A stretch of DNA of 64,000 bases from Bacilli bacterium (GTDB taxonomy: Bacteria; Bacillota_I; Bacilli_A; RF39; UBA660), in the NCBI GenBank assembly GCA_051872765.1, contig JBJEED010000091.1, positions 17,878 through 81,877 of the forward strand, written 5' to 3'. The translations under genes and the position numbers were made by a program. Each line of letters opens with the position of its first letter. Position 1 is the first letter of the stretch. Shown here one piece after another: positions 9,161 to 18,941 of this stretch. Under the pieces are notes generated by a model. The model worked only from the letters and a program-made list of their open reading frames with translations. It had not been told where the DNA came from and did not search any database.

Positions 9161-11650
9161 ATGATGGAAGAAGAGATGAAACAAGAAAATGAATTTAGTG
9201 GAAGTTTTCATGAAAGAGATAGTCATGCTGTAAATAATATTGTAGATGAAGTAAAAAGTTCATTTTTAGATTATTCTATGAGTGTTATAACATCTAGAGC
9301 TATTCCTGATTTAAGAGATGGATTAAAACCTGTACACAGAAGAATTTTATGGTCAATGTATGAAGAGGGAAATACACCTGATAAACCTCATAGAAAATCT
9401 GCAACAACTGTAGGTAATGTTATGGGACATTATCATCCACATGGTGATAGTTCTATTTATGAGGCTATGGTTCGTTTAGCTCAAGATTTTAATCAAAGAT
9501 ATATGTTAGTAGATGGACATGGAAACTTTGGTAATATAGAAGGAGATGGAGCAGCAGCTTATCGTTATACAGAAGCAAGACTTGCTAAGATATCATTAGA
9601 ATTATTAAGAGATATTAATAAAGATACAGTTGATATGGACGATAACTTTGATGTTACTAGAAAAGAACCTAAAGTTTTACCATCTAGATTTCCAAATATA
9701 TTAGTAAATGGTTCTTTAGGTATAGCAGTTGGTATGGCAACAAACATACCACCTCATAATTTAGGTGAAGTAATTGATGGATGCATAGCATATATCGATA
9801 ATCCTGATATTGATACTTTAGGTTTAATGCAATATATAAAAGGTCCAGATTTTCCCACAGGAGGAATTATTCTTGGAAACTCCGGTATAAAGAAAGCATA
9901 TGACACGGGAAGAGGTAGTATTACTATTAGGAGCAAGGCTAGTATTGAAGAAATACATGGTCATAATTGTATAGTAATTACCGAAGTACCTTATGGTGTT
10001 AATACTTTAGAATTAAAAAATAAAGTAGCTGAATTAGTCCATAATAAAATAATAGATGGAATAACAGATTACCATACTGACTTAAAAGATGGAATTAAGA
10101 TTACAATTACTCTAAAAAAAGACGCAAATCCTCAAGTAGTATTAAATAATTTATATAAACATACATCTTTTCAAATTAATTATGGAATAATATTCTTAAT
10201 GTTAGATGGTCTTACTCCAAAAACATTAGGTTTAAAAGACATAATTTCTAAGTATATTGATCATCAAAAAGTGGTTATTATAAGAAGAACAAAATTCGAT
10301 TTAGCAAAAGATGAGAGAAGAGTACATATTTTAAATGGATATAAAATAGCTCAAGATAATATTGATGAGGTAATTAAAATTATTAAATCTGCTAAAACAG
10401 ATGAAATAGCTAAAACTAATTTAATGAATCGATTTGGTTTAGATACTATACAAGCTGAAGCAATATTGGAATTAAAACTAAGACGTTTAACTGGATTAGA
10501 AAGAGATAAAATAGAAGCAGAATTAGCAGAATTATTAAAAGAAATAGAAGAATTAAAATCTATTTTACAATCAGAACAAAAAGTTTTAGATATTATTAAA
10601 AAAGAAATGCTTGAAATTAGAAACAAATATAGTGATGATAGAAGAACTACAATAGATATGACAGCAGTAGAATACATAGAAGATGAAGCATTAATTCCTC
10701 AGGAAGAAGTAATGATTACTTTAACAAATAAAAATTATATTAAGAGAATTGCCAAAAATACTTATAAGTCTCAAAATCGTGGAGGTGTTGGCATAAAGGG
10801 TATAACAACAACAGAAGAGGATTTTGTTGAACATTTAATTTCTGTTAATACACATGATTATATTTTATTCTTCAGTAATAAAGGTAAAGTTTATAGACTA
10901 AAAGGTTATAATGTACCAGAATATTCAAGAGCAGGTAAAGGATTACCAATTATCAATCTATTACAATTAGAAAAAGATGAAAGAATTAATGCTATGGTTA
11001 AGGTAAATAACGAAGATATAAACAAATGTTTGCTTTTGAGTACTAAAAATGGTTTGGTTAAAAGAACAAAATATGAAGACTATATTAATATAAGACAAAC
11101 AGGTAAAATAGCAATTACATTAAAAGATGATGATGAATTAATTTCTGCTAAAGTAACTGAAGGAGATAGTCAAATTCTAATGTGTTCATCAAATGGTAGA
11201 ATGGTTAGATTTAATGAAAATGAAATTAGAATTATGGGTAGGACAGCTTCTGGAGTTAGAGGCATAAACTTGAATGGTGATATTTGTGTTGGTACAGAAA
11301 TATCTAAACCAGGAAATCTATTATTAGTAGTAACTGAAAATGGATATGGTAAAAAAACTGAAATAGAAGAATATAGAGAAACAAAGCGTGGCAGTAAAGG
11401 TGTAAAGACAATAAATTTATCTGAAAAAAATGGTAAAGTAGTAGGTTTCAAGTCAACTCAAAACGATAAAGACGTAATGATTATTACAAAGAATGGTATA
11501 ATAATTAGAATGGATGTTAATTCTATTTCACAAATGGGAAGAGTAACAAAAGGAGTTAAATTAATTAATCTTAAAGATAATAATAAAGTTGCTTCTATTT
11601 CAATTGTTGATAAAGAGATAGTAGAAGAAGTTGAAGAAAATGCAGAATAG
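9161..11650 (+). CDS. gyrA: DNA gyrase subunit A
   Basis: Active-site Tyr region AAYRYTEARL, QRDR HPHGDSSIYEAMV, C-terminal beta-pinwheel repeats. Confidence 0.97.
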   Translation: MMEEEMKQENEFSGSFHERDSHAVNNIVDEVKSSFLDYSMSVITSRAIPDLRDGLKPVHRRILWSMYEEGNTPDKPHRKSATTVGNVMGHYHPHGDSSIYEAMVRLAQDFNQRYMLVDGHGNFGNIEGDGAAAYRYTEARLAKISLELLRDINKDTVDMDDNFDVTRKEPKVLPSRFPNILVNGSLGIAVGMATNIPPHNLGEVIDGCIAYIDNPDIDTLGLMQYIKGPDFPTGGIILGNSGIKKAYDTGRGSITIRSKASIEEIHGHNCIVITEVPYGVNTLELKNKVAELVHNKIIDGITDYHTDLKDGIKITITLKKDANPQVVLNNLYKHTSFQINYGIIFLMLDGLTPKTLGLKDIISKYIDHQKVVIIRRTKFDLAKDERRVHILNGYKIAQDNIDEVIKIIKSAKTDEIAKTNLMNRFGLDTIQAEAILELKLRRLTGLERDKIEAELAELLKEIEELKSILQSEQKVLDIIKKEMLEIRNKYSDDRRTTIDMTAVEYIEDEALIPQEEVMITLTNKNYIKRIAKNTYKSQNRGGVGIKGITTTEEDFVEHLISVNTHDYILFFSNKGKVYRLKGYNVPEYSRAGKGLPIINLLQLEKDERINAMVKVNNEDINKCLLLSTKNGLVKRTKYEDYINIRQTGKIAITLKDDDELISAKVTEGDSQILMCSSNGRMVRFNENEIRIMGRTASGVRGINLNGDICVGTEISKPGNLLLVVTENGYGKKTEIEEYRETKRGSKGVKTINLSEKNGKVVGFKSTQNDKDVMIITKNGIIIRMDVNSISQMGRVTKGVKLINLKDNNKVASISIVDKEIVEEVEENAE

Positions 11651-11942
11651 CATTTTCTTTTTTATATCATAATGTTTTATAAAGATATTTATTATATATA
11701 TTTTATATATATTTGCAAATATATGGTGTAAAATAAACAATTATATAAATGAATCTATATATGTATATATTGGGTAGTTATTTTAGATATATTAATTTTC
11801 TAATTAAGCTACAATAATGATATTTAAATAATACAAGATTAATAATCAAATATAAATAATTATAGTATTGTATCAATGTATTGAGTATTATTAACTTAAC
11901 TAATTTTTAATAACACATATTTTAAAATTAATTAATAAATTG

Positions 11943-12398
11943 CAAAAATTATTTCCCGGGAAATAATTTTTGATAATATTTAGATAAAGTCTAAGCTATG
12001 TTTCACATGAAACATAGCTATTTTAATAATATTAAAATTAAATATGTGTTAGTATATATATTAATTTAAAATATTATAATAATATAATTTCATATTTTAA
12101 TGTTTCACATGAAACATTATATAAATTAACTTTTTTTAATAATTATATAAATTATTTCCCGGGAAATAATTTTTGCATAATATTTAAATAAAGTCTAAGA
12201 TATGTTTCACATGAAACATATATAAATATTTACTTAAATAACTATTAAAATATTAGTTATAAATAAAAATAAGTATGATTGAAAAGTAATATGTAATATT
12301 TTATAAATAAAATACATATTTAAGTTTCATGTGAAACATAAAACTTAAATAGAAAAAAATAAAATTGTTTATCAATTAATATGTTTCATGTGAAACAT
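11943..12398. repeat. Cluster of five parS-like 16-bp sites (TGTTTCACATGAAACA) and two CCCGGG-centred perfect palindromes
   Basis: 18-mer ATGTTTCACATGAAACAT at 11998-12015, 12100-12117 and 12202-12219; inverted copies at 12322-12339 and 12381-12398. Perfect palindromes CAAAAATTATTTCCCGGGAAATAATTTTTG (11943-11972) and AAATTATTTCCCGGGAAATAATTT (12149-12172). An approximately 75-bp unit spanning palindrome to parS is duplicated. Confidence 0.6.
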
Positions 12399-12452
12399 AT
12401 ATTTTAAAAAAAATAATGATTGATTTTTTTTAAAATATAGTGTAATATATAT

Positions 12453-12525
12453 GCGTGCAACGAAAATGGTTTGAACCAGGTCAGAATCGGAAGATAGCAG
12501 CCTTAAAAAGCAAATTCGTGTGCAC
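12453..12525 (+). ncRNA. ffs: Small SRP RNA (4.5S/ffs-like)
   Basis: Conserved domain IV ACCAGGTCAGAATCGGAAGATAGCAGCC (E. coli 4.5S has ACCAGGUCAGGUCCGGAAGGAAGCAGCC). The 5' and 3' ends pair (GTGCAACGAA / TTCGTGTGCAC). Followed by a T-run. Lies next to tadA and dnaX as in Bacillus. Confidence 0.6.
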
Positions 12526-12545
12526 TTTTTTTATTAGGAGATATT

Positions 12546-12953
12546 ATGAATGAAATATTTATAAATAAATTAATTAAATTAAATCAAAAGGCATTAAAAA
12601 ATAATGATGTTCCTGTATCTTGTTTAATAAGTAAAAATAATGAAATAGTTTCTTATGCATATAATAAAAAAATAAAAAATAATGATCCTTTTGCGCACGC
12701 AGAAATATTAGCTATAAGAAAAGCAGCAAAAAAATTAAAAACATATAATTTAAGTGATTGTGAAATATATGTATCTTTATATCCTTGTAAAATGTGTCAA
12801 GAAGTAATAAACGAAGCAAGAATAAAAAAAGTGTATTATGTTTTAAATAAAAATAAAGATATAGTAAACACTACAAAATATATTAAAATAAAAACAGATC
12901 AAGAAATAAAATTCAGTAAAGAGTTAAGTGAATTTTTTCATGATAAAAGATAG
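12546..12953 (+). CDS. tadA: tRNA-specific adenosine deaminase
   Basis: CDA zinc motifs HAE (HAEILAIRKA) and PCxxC (PCKMC); 135 aa. Confidence 0.85.
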   Translation: MNEIFINKLIKLNQKALKNNDVPVSCLISKNNEIVSYAYNKKIKNNDPFAHAEILAIRKAAKKLKTYNLSDCEIYVSLYPCKMCQEVINEARIKKVYYVLNKNKDIVNTTKYIKIKTDQEIKFSKELSEFFHDKR

Positions 12954-12995
12954 TTAATTTATTATTAATTTGGTATAATTAATTTGGAGGAAATT

Positions 12996-14612
12996 ATGAC
13001 ATATATATCACTTTATCGAAAATATAGACCAAAAAAGTTTTCAGAAGTAGTTGGTCAAGATGTAATAATTAAAATTATTAAAAATAGCATTAAAAATAAT
13101 AAAATAAATCATGCTTACATATTTAGTGGTCCAAGAGGTACTGGAAAGACAACAATCGCAAAAATATTTGCTCGAGCTGTAAATTGTTTGAATTTTAAAG
13201 ATGATATTTGTGAAAAATGTGATAATTGTAAAAATGAAAATAATAATGAAATAGATATAATTGAAATTGATGCTGCTAGTAATAATGGAGTTGATGAAAT
13301 AAGAGAAATAAGAAATAGTGTAAAATATTTACCATCAAGTCTAAAATATAAAGTATATATAGTTGATGAGGTACATATGTTATCTTCAAGTGCATTTAAT
13401 GCACTATTGAAAACTCTTGAGGAACCACCAAGCCATGTAATATTTATATTAGCAACAACTGAATTTAATAAGATTCCCGCCACTGTGGTTTCAAGGTGTC
13501 AAAAGTTTGATTTTAAAAAAATTAATAATAAAACAATTATAGAAAGATTAAAATATATTTTAAAAGAAGAACATAAAAATGTAAGTGAAGATGTATTAAA
13601 TTTAATAGCTAAATTAAGTGATGGAGGATTAAGAGATTCAATTAATTTATTAGATCAAATTCTTTCAATTAATGAAGAAAATGTTACTACTGATCAGGTA
13701 TATAATTTAATTGGAGAATTGAGTGATATAGAAATTTCTAAATTATTAGAAACAATAACAAATGGAAATGTTAAAGAACTTTTAAATAGTGTTAATAAAT
13801 ATATAGATGAAGGAAAAAATTTAATTAGTATTGTTAATAAATTAGAAATATTAATAAGAAATATATTAATATATAATTCAACAGATAATTATTTTGATGC
13901 TGAATATGAAAATATTTTATCTAAATTTAATAAAATTGATATAAATAAAATATTTGAATTATCTAAAAATTTATTTGAATTAAATAATGAGTTAAAAAAA
14001 ACCAATAATCAAAAGATATTAATTGAAATATATTTTATTAAAACTACTTTATTATTTACAAATCAGTCAAATTATAAAACAAATGTTTGCCAAAATAGTG
14101 AAAATTTCACTAAAGATACTAATAGTAATGATGAATCTAATAACTATTCTTTATCCGACAATGATAAAAAAATAAATATTAATAATGCTTTGTCTGGTGC
14201 AAGTAAAGAACTAAAAAAAGATTTTATTAGTAAATTTAAAATTGTTGAAGAATATGTATCAAGTAAAGATTATAATTCAATTAGTAATTTATTACTTAAA
14301 TCAACTCCAGAGGTAGTATCAGATAAAAATATATTATTTACTTTTAAAAATAATTTTGAGGTAGTATTATTTGATAAAAATATAGAAGATATTCAAAAAT
14401 TTATAAATATGTTGTATAATAAAAAATATGTAGTTGTTGCAGTTAGTTCTGAACAATGGATTGATATCAGAGATGAATATATTAAAAATATAAGATCAGG
14501 CGTTAAATATCAATATATTGAAGAACAACCTAAACAAAAAAAAACTACAAAAAACACAGTGTTACAAGATAGTGTAGAAGATATATTTGGGAATGATTAC
14601 ACTACAATTTAG
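12996..14612 (+). CDS. dnaX: DNA polymerase III subunit tau/gamma
   Basis: Walker A GPRGTGKTT, zinc module CEKCDNC, clamp-loader AAA+ domain. Start taken at ATG 12996 after RBS GGAGG. Confidence 0.9.
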   Translation: MTYISLYRKYRPKKFSEVVGQDVIIKIIKNSIKNNKINHAYIFSGPRGTGKTTIAKIFARAVNCLNFKDDICEKCDNCKNENNNEIDIIEIDAASNNGVDEIREIRNSVKYLPSSLKYKVYIVDEVHMLSSSAFNALLKTLEEPPSHVIFILATTEFNKIPATVVSRCQKFDFKKINNKTIIERLKYILKEEHKNVSEDVLNLIAKLSDGGLRDSINLLDQILSINEENVTTDQVYNLIGELSDIEISKLLETITNGNVKELLNSVNKYIDEGKNLISIVNKLEILIRNILIYNSTDNYFDAEYENILSKFNKIDINKIFELSKNLFELNNELKKTNNQKILIEIYFIKTTLLFTNQSNYKTNVCQNSENFTKDTNSNDESNNYSLSDNDKKININNALSGASKELKKDFISKFKIVEEYVSSKDYNSISNLLLKSTPEVVSDKNILFTFKNNFEVVLFDKNIEDIQKFINMLYNKKYVVVAVSSEQWIDIRDEYIKNIRSGVKYQYIEEQPKQKKTTKNTVLQDSVEDIFGNDYTTI

Positions 14613-14623
14613 GAGGAAAAAAT

Positions 14624-14917
14624 ATGAATATACAAGCAATGATGGCTCAAGCAAGAAAGTTACAAACACAATTAGAAAAAACTACAAAAGAAATAGATGA
14701 AACAATATACAAATATGAGAATGAAAATATATTGGTAGAAGCTTATGGTAGTAACAAAATTAAAAAAATAAATATTAAAAATAGTGATGTATTAGAAGAT
14801 TCCGAAATGTTAGAAGATATTTTATTAGTAGCTGTTAATGATGTTTTAAAGCAAATTATAGATGATAAAAATAAAAAATTAGGTAAATACACTAATGGTC
14901 TTGGAGGATTATTCTAA
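14624..14917 (+). CDS. ybaB: Nucleoid-associated protein YbaB/EbfC
   Basis: 97 aa; conserved dnaX-ybaB-recR position; typical MAQARKLQ N-terminus. Confidence 0.85.
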   Translation: MNIQAMMAQARKLQTQLEKTTKEIDETIYKYENENILVEAYGSNKIKKINIKNSDVLEDSEMLEDILLVAVNDVLKQIIDDKNKKLGKYTNGLGGLF

Positions 14918-14920
14918 AAA

Positions 14921-15517
14921 ATGCCATTACCAAAAAGTTTTACACAATTAATTAATAATTTATCAATATTACCTGGTGTTGGTGAAAAAACTGCAGAAAG
15001 GTATGCATATGCTTTATATCAAAAAGATAAAGATGAAGTGGAAAATTTAGCAGATTCTTTAATTAATTTTAAAAAAACAATTAGAAATTGTGAAATTTGT
15101 GGATGTTTGAGTGACGAAAATATATGTGATATATGTTCTGATGAAAGTAGAGATAGAACAACTATATGTATAGTTGAAGATTCTAAGAGTGTATTTTTTA
15201 TAGAAAAAACAAAAAAATATAATGGTTGTTTTCATGTACTTAATGGTTTGATATCTCCAATTGACGGTATTAATCCAGAAGATCTTAACATACATACATT
15301 GTTAAATAGAATAGAAAATGAAGTAAAAGAAGTAATTTTTGCTTTAAATCCTTCTATTGAAGGAGAAGTGACTTCTTTATATATACAAAAATTATTGGAA
15401 AAGTATAATTTGAAAATTTCAAGATTATCATATGGAATACCTATGGGTGGTGAGATAGAATATCTTGATCCATTAATGATTTCAAAAGCATTAGAAGATA
15501 GAAAAGTAATATCATAA
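14921..15517 (+). CDS. recR: Recombination protein RecR
   Basis: HhH region, C4 zinc finger CEICGC...CDIC, Toprim domain. Confidence 0.95.
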   Translation: MPLPKSFTQLINNLSILPGVGEKTAERYAYALYQKDKDEVENLADSLINFKKTIRNCEICGCLSDENICDICSDESRDRTTICIVEDSKSVFFIEKTKKYNGCFHVLNGLISPIDGINPEDLNIHTLLNRIENEVKEVIFALNPSIEGEVTSLYIQKLLEKYNLKISRLSYGIPMGGEIEYLDPLMISKALEDRKVIS

Positions 15518-15518
15518 A

Positions 15519-15550
15519 AAACTCTCTCATATTTTTTTATGAGGGAGTTT
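15519..15550 (+). terminator. Rho-independent terminator after recR
   Basis: Stem AACTCTCTCAT/ATGAGGGAGTT with a T-rich loop. Confidence 0.45.
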
Positions 15551-15551
15551 T

Positions 15552-15722
15552 ATGTATATAATAAAAAAATTAGTATGTACTTTATGTTTACTATATTCTT
15601 TAAATTTAATATTAAGTTCTGTTGGTAAGATAGTACCAATAAATATTTATACGATAATAATAGTATATCTTTTTGACTTTTTTGGAATATTGGCTATAAT
15701 ATATTTGAAATACTTTAATTAA
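15552..15722 (+). CDS. bofA: BofA-like small membrane protein (sigma-K processing regulator family); 56 aa, below the ORF-track cutoff
   Basis: Manual translation MYIIKKLVCTLCLLYSLNLILSSVGKIVPINIYTIIIVYLFDFFGILAIIYLKYFN. The VPIN...GI.AL.VIK.F region matches the B. subtilis BofA C-terminus (GIHVPINLVTTAISGILGIPGIAALVVIKQF). bofA follows recR in Bacillus. Confidence 0.5.
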   Translation: MYIIKKLVCTLCLLYSLNLILSSVGKIVPINIYTIIIVYLFDFFGILAIIYLKYFN

Positions 15723-15746
15723 TATTATTAATTATTTGGAGGAATT

Positions 15747-16535
15747 GTGAATAATTTATACCACTATTTTGAAAAAATATATGAAAAAGGAAAACTATCA
15801 CATGCATTTCTAATAGGAAATGTATCTTTAAGTGAAATAAAGCCAGTACTATTAAAAATATTTAATGATTTTATATTAAAAAGTAAAAATAATGTAGATA
15901 GTAATCCTAATATATACTTTTTAGAAGAAAAAAATGGTATAATAAAAAAAGATGATATAAGGAATTTATTAAAAAATTTAACAACTACGTCACAATTTGA
16001 TGGATCAAAAATCTATGTAATAGATAAATGTGAAAATTTGAATGATTTTTCATATAATGCCTTATTAAAAACATTAGAAGAACCTGCTGAAAATATTTAT
16101 GCATTTTTATTAACAACAAATATAGATGCGGTTAAAACCACTATTGCTAGCAGATGTCAAAAAATATTTATTTCTTCTTATATTGATATTAAATATGAAG
16201 ATAGTTGCATAGATATTGCAAATTCTTTAATTGAAAGTATAGAAAAAATTGGAGTAGACTCTATAACGTCGTCTTCTAAAATATATAAGTTAATTGAAGA
16301 TAGAGATTCACTAGTTAATATTTTAAAATATATGTTAAATAAATATATGGAAGCATTAAATGATATAGTTAATAGTGATTCTATAAGTAATTATTTACTA
16401 GAAAATAATGATATTAATAGTTTAATAAGCAAAATATTAGTTATTAATGATAGTATAAATAGAATAGAGTTTAATTTAAATAAAAATATGTGTATAGATA
16501 GATTAATTATAGAAATGGGAAGATGTAATATATGA
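15747..16535 (+). CDS. holB: DNA polymerase III delta' subunit (GTG start)
   Basis: AAA+ clamp-loader-like with degenerate Walker A (HAFLIGN); position upstream of yaaT. Confidence 0.75.
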   Translation: MNNLYHYFEKIYEKGKLSHAFLIGNVSLSEIKPVLLKIFNDFILKSKNNVDSNPNIYFLEEKNGIIKKDDIRNLLKNLTTTSQFDGSKIYVIDKCENLNDFSYNALLKTLEEPAENIYAFLLTTNIDAVKTTIASRCQKIFISSYIDIKYEDSCIDIANSLIESIEKIGVDSITSSSKIYKLIEDRDSLVNILKYMLNKYMEALNDIVNSDSISNYLLENNDINSLISKILVINDSINRIEFNLNKNMCIDRLIIEMGRCNI

Positions 16536-17338
16536 AAACAATTGGAGTAGAATTTAAAAAAGGTGGAAAACAATATACATTTTATGATAATGATTTAGAA
16601 TTATCCATAAGTGATAATGTTATAGTAGAAACTGAAAGAGGATTACAGTTTGGTACAGTAGCATCTATATATGTCAAGGATGATAATAAAGAACACAGTA
16701 AAGTGGTTAAAAAAGCTGATAGTGATGATGAAAAGCAGCATTTAAATAACATTAAGAGTGCTTTAAAAGCAATAGATAAAGCACAATCTTTAGCAAACAA
16801 ATTAGAACTTGATATGAAATTTTTAGATGCATATTATACTTTTGATAAGAAACAATTGGTATTTCAATTTTTAGCTGATAATAGAATTGATTTTAGAGAA
16901 TTAGCAAAATCATTAGCTTCAATATATAAAACAAGAATAGAGTTAAGACAAGTAGGTGTAAGAGATAAAGCAAAGGAAATATCTGGAATAGGCCCATGTG
17001 GAAGAAAATTATGTTGTTCATCATTCTTGAATGATTTAGATTCAGTTGGAATAGCACAAGTAAAGAATCAAAATATAGCATTAAATCCACAAAAGATAAA
17101 TGGTTTGTGTGGTAGACTTCTTTGTTGTTTAAAATATGAGGATGATTTATATACAGAGTATAGAAAATATTTACCAGAAGTTGGAGATAAAGTTAAAGTA
17201 AATGGAGAAGATGCTACAGTTATATCTTTAGATATTCCTAGAAGAAAATATATAGCATTGATGGAAAACGATAATACGAAAGTAGAAGTGGATGTATCAA
17301 AAAAGAATGAAAAACGAGAAAAAAGAAGTAATAAATGA
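16532..17338 (+). CDS. ricT: PSP1-domain stage 0 sporulation protein YaaT/RicT
   Basis: PSP1 C-terminal domain with conserved Cys pairs (CGRKLCC...CGRLLCC); follows holB as in Bacillus. Confidence 0.85.
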   Translation: MKTIGVEFKKGGKQYTFYDNDLELSISDNVIVETERGLQFGTVASIYVKDDNKEHSKVVKKADSDDEKQHLNNIKSALKAIDKAQSLANKLELDMKFLDAYYTFDKKQLVFQFLADNRIDFRELAKSLASIYKTRIELRQVGVRDKAKEISGIGPCGRKLCCSSFLNDLDSVGIAQVKNQNIALNPQKINGLCGRLLCCLKYEDDLYTEYRKYLPEVGDKVKVNGEDATVISLDIPRRKYIALMENDNTKVEVDVSKKNEKREKRSNK

Positions 17339-18044
17339 TTTAGTATACTATGATAATTTAAAAATAATACAAAACTCTGATTATTTTAATTTTAGTTTAG
17401 ATAGTGTATTATTACCAAATTTTGCCATAATTACTCCAAATACCAGAAATATTTTAGATTTATGTACTGGAAATGCACCTATACCCTTAATTTTTTCAAA
17501 AAAAACAAAGGCTAATATAATAGGTATAGAATTACAAAAAGAAATATATGATCTTGCTATTAGGTCAGTGTCTATAAATAATTTAGAAAGCCAAATTAGA
17601 ATAATAAATATGGATGCAAATGAAGTAATAAATAAATATGAGACTGATACTTTCGATTTAATAACATGTAATCCTCCATATTTTAAATATAATAAAAATA
17701 GTATAATAAATGATAATTATATAAAAACATTAGCAAGACATGAGGTTTCATTTAAATTAGATGATTTATTTAAAATATCTAAAAAATTATTAAAAAATGG
17801 TGGTTCAGTTTGTTTAATTCATAGAACAGATCGATTAATGGATATAATTATTAGTATGAAAAAAAATAACATTGAACCAAAAAGAATTAGATTTATATAT
17901 CCAAAAGTTGGTGCTGAATCTAATTTAGTATTAATAGACGGACATAAAAATGGTAAAAGTGGATTAAAAATATTACCACCATTATATGTACATAATGACA
18001 ATAGTGAATATACAGAAGAAATACTTAAAATGTTTGGAAAATAA
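17292..18044 (+). CDS. SAM-dependent methyltransferase, YabB/TrmN6 family (tRNA m6A37); the true start may be ATG 17307
   Basis: NPPY motif (ITCNPPYF), Rossmann fold. Overlaps the yaaT 3' end by 32-47 nt. Confidence 0.7.
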   Translation: MYQKRMKNEKKEVINDLVYYDNLKIIQNSDYFNFSLDSVLLPNFAIITPNTRNILDLCTGNAPIPLIFSKKTKANIIGIELQKEIYDLAIRSVSINNLESQIRIINMDANEVINKYETDTFDLITCNPPYFKYNKNSIINDNYIKTLARHEVSFKLDDLFKISKKLLKNGGSVCLIHRTDRLMDIIISMKKNNIEPKRIRFIYPKVGAESNLVLIDGHKNGKSGLKILPPLYVHNDNSEYTEEILKMFGK

Positions 18045-18077
18045 AGAAAGGATATAAAAATATATTGTGGGTAAAAT

Positions 18078-18908
18078 ATGATACAAAGAAGTTATGAAAA
18101 AAGTAAATTTGGAAATTTATATTTAGTTCCAACTCCTATTGGTAATTTAGATGATATCACAATAAGGGCAAAAAATATCTTAAATGAATGCGATATAGTA
18201 TATGCTGAGGATAGTAGAGAAACATTAAAATTATTAAAAATGTTAAATATAAATAAGAAAGTAGAAAGTTGTCACAAATATAGTGAGATGACTCATAAAG
18301 ATAAAATAATTTCTATATTAAAAGATGGAAAAAATATAGCATATGTTACAGATAGAGGAACACCATTAATTAGTGATCCTGGAAATGTTATAGTAGACTA
18401 TGCTATTGAAAATAATATTAATGTTATTGCTTTACCTGGCCCAAATGCTTTATTACCTGCAATTAATATGTCTGGAATAAGTAATCAAAGATTCTTATTT
18501 TATGGTTTTTTGAACAAGAAAAAAACATATGCAAAAAAAGAATTAATTGATTTAAAAGAAATCAAACATACATTAATTTTTTATGAGGCTCCTCATAGAA
18601 TTAAAGATACTCTATCTTTGATGTTAGAAGTATTAGGTAATAGAAAAATAGCCTTAGTTAGAGAAATATCTAAATTATATGAAGAAGTAATAAGAGATAA
18701 TATAGAAAATGTTATTAAATTGTGTGATAATATAAAAGGAGAAATTGTTATTATTGTTCAAGGGTCAACAAATAGTGAAGATAATAATAATTATGAAGAA
18801 ATGATAAATAACTTAATTTCTTCTGGTTATACAAAAAGAGATGCTATTAGGGAAATAGCTGAAAGATATAATATTAGTAAAAATAAATTATATAATGAAT
18901 TTAAATAG
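18078..18908 (+). CDS. rsmI: 16S rRNA (cytidine1402-2'-O)-methyltransferase
   Basis: Tetrapyrrole-methylase fold, YabC position. Confidence 0.9.
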   Translation: MIQRSYEKSKFGNLYLVPTPIGNLDDITIRAKNILNECDIVYAEDSRETLKLLKMLNINKKVESCHKYSEMTHKDKIISILKDGKNIAYVTDRGTPLISDPGNVIVDYAIENNINVIALPGPNALLPAINMSGISNQRFLFYGFLNKKKTYAKKELIDLKEIKHTLIFYEAPHRIKDTLSLMLEVLGNRKIALVREISKLYEEVIRDNIENVIKLCDNIKGEIVIIVQGSTNSEDNNNYEEMINNLISSGYTKRDAIREIAERYNISKNKLYNEFK

Positions 18909-18941
18909 TGATAAGAATATAAAGGAAAAAGGGTGTATTAT

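Noticed and set aside
11943-12398. Considered whether the repeat cluster is a CRISPR array
   Set aside because: The repeats are themselves palindromic protein-binding-like sites, occur in both orientations with irregular spacing (102, 102, 120, 59 bp), and the intervening 'spacers' partly repeat. There are no cas genes nearby. It is not CRISPR.
11998-12398. Considered Rex, CodY, TnrA/GlnR or CcpA operators for the TGTTTCACATGAAACA motif
   Set aside because: Half-site spacing does not fit Rex (TGTGAA-N6-TTCACA), CodY (AATTTTCWGAAAATT), TnrA (TGTNA-N7-TNACA; position 5 is T here) or cre. The match to parS (TGTTNCACGTGAAACA) is much closer.
12526-12545. T-run after ffs as a possible attenuator for tadA
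   Set aside because: It is simply the expected SRP RNA terminator, and the tadA RBS follows immediately. There is no evidence for regulation.
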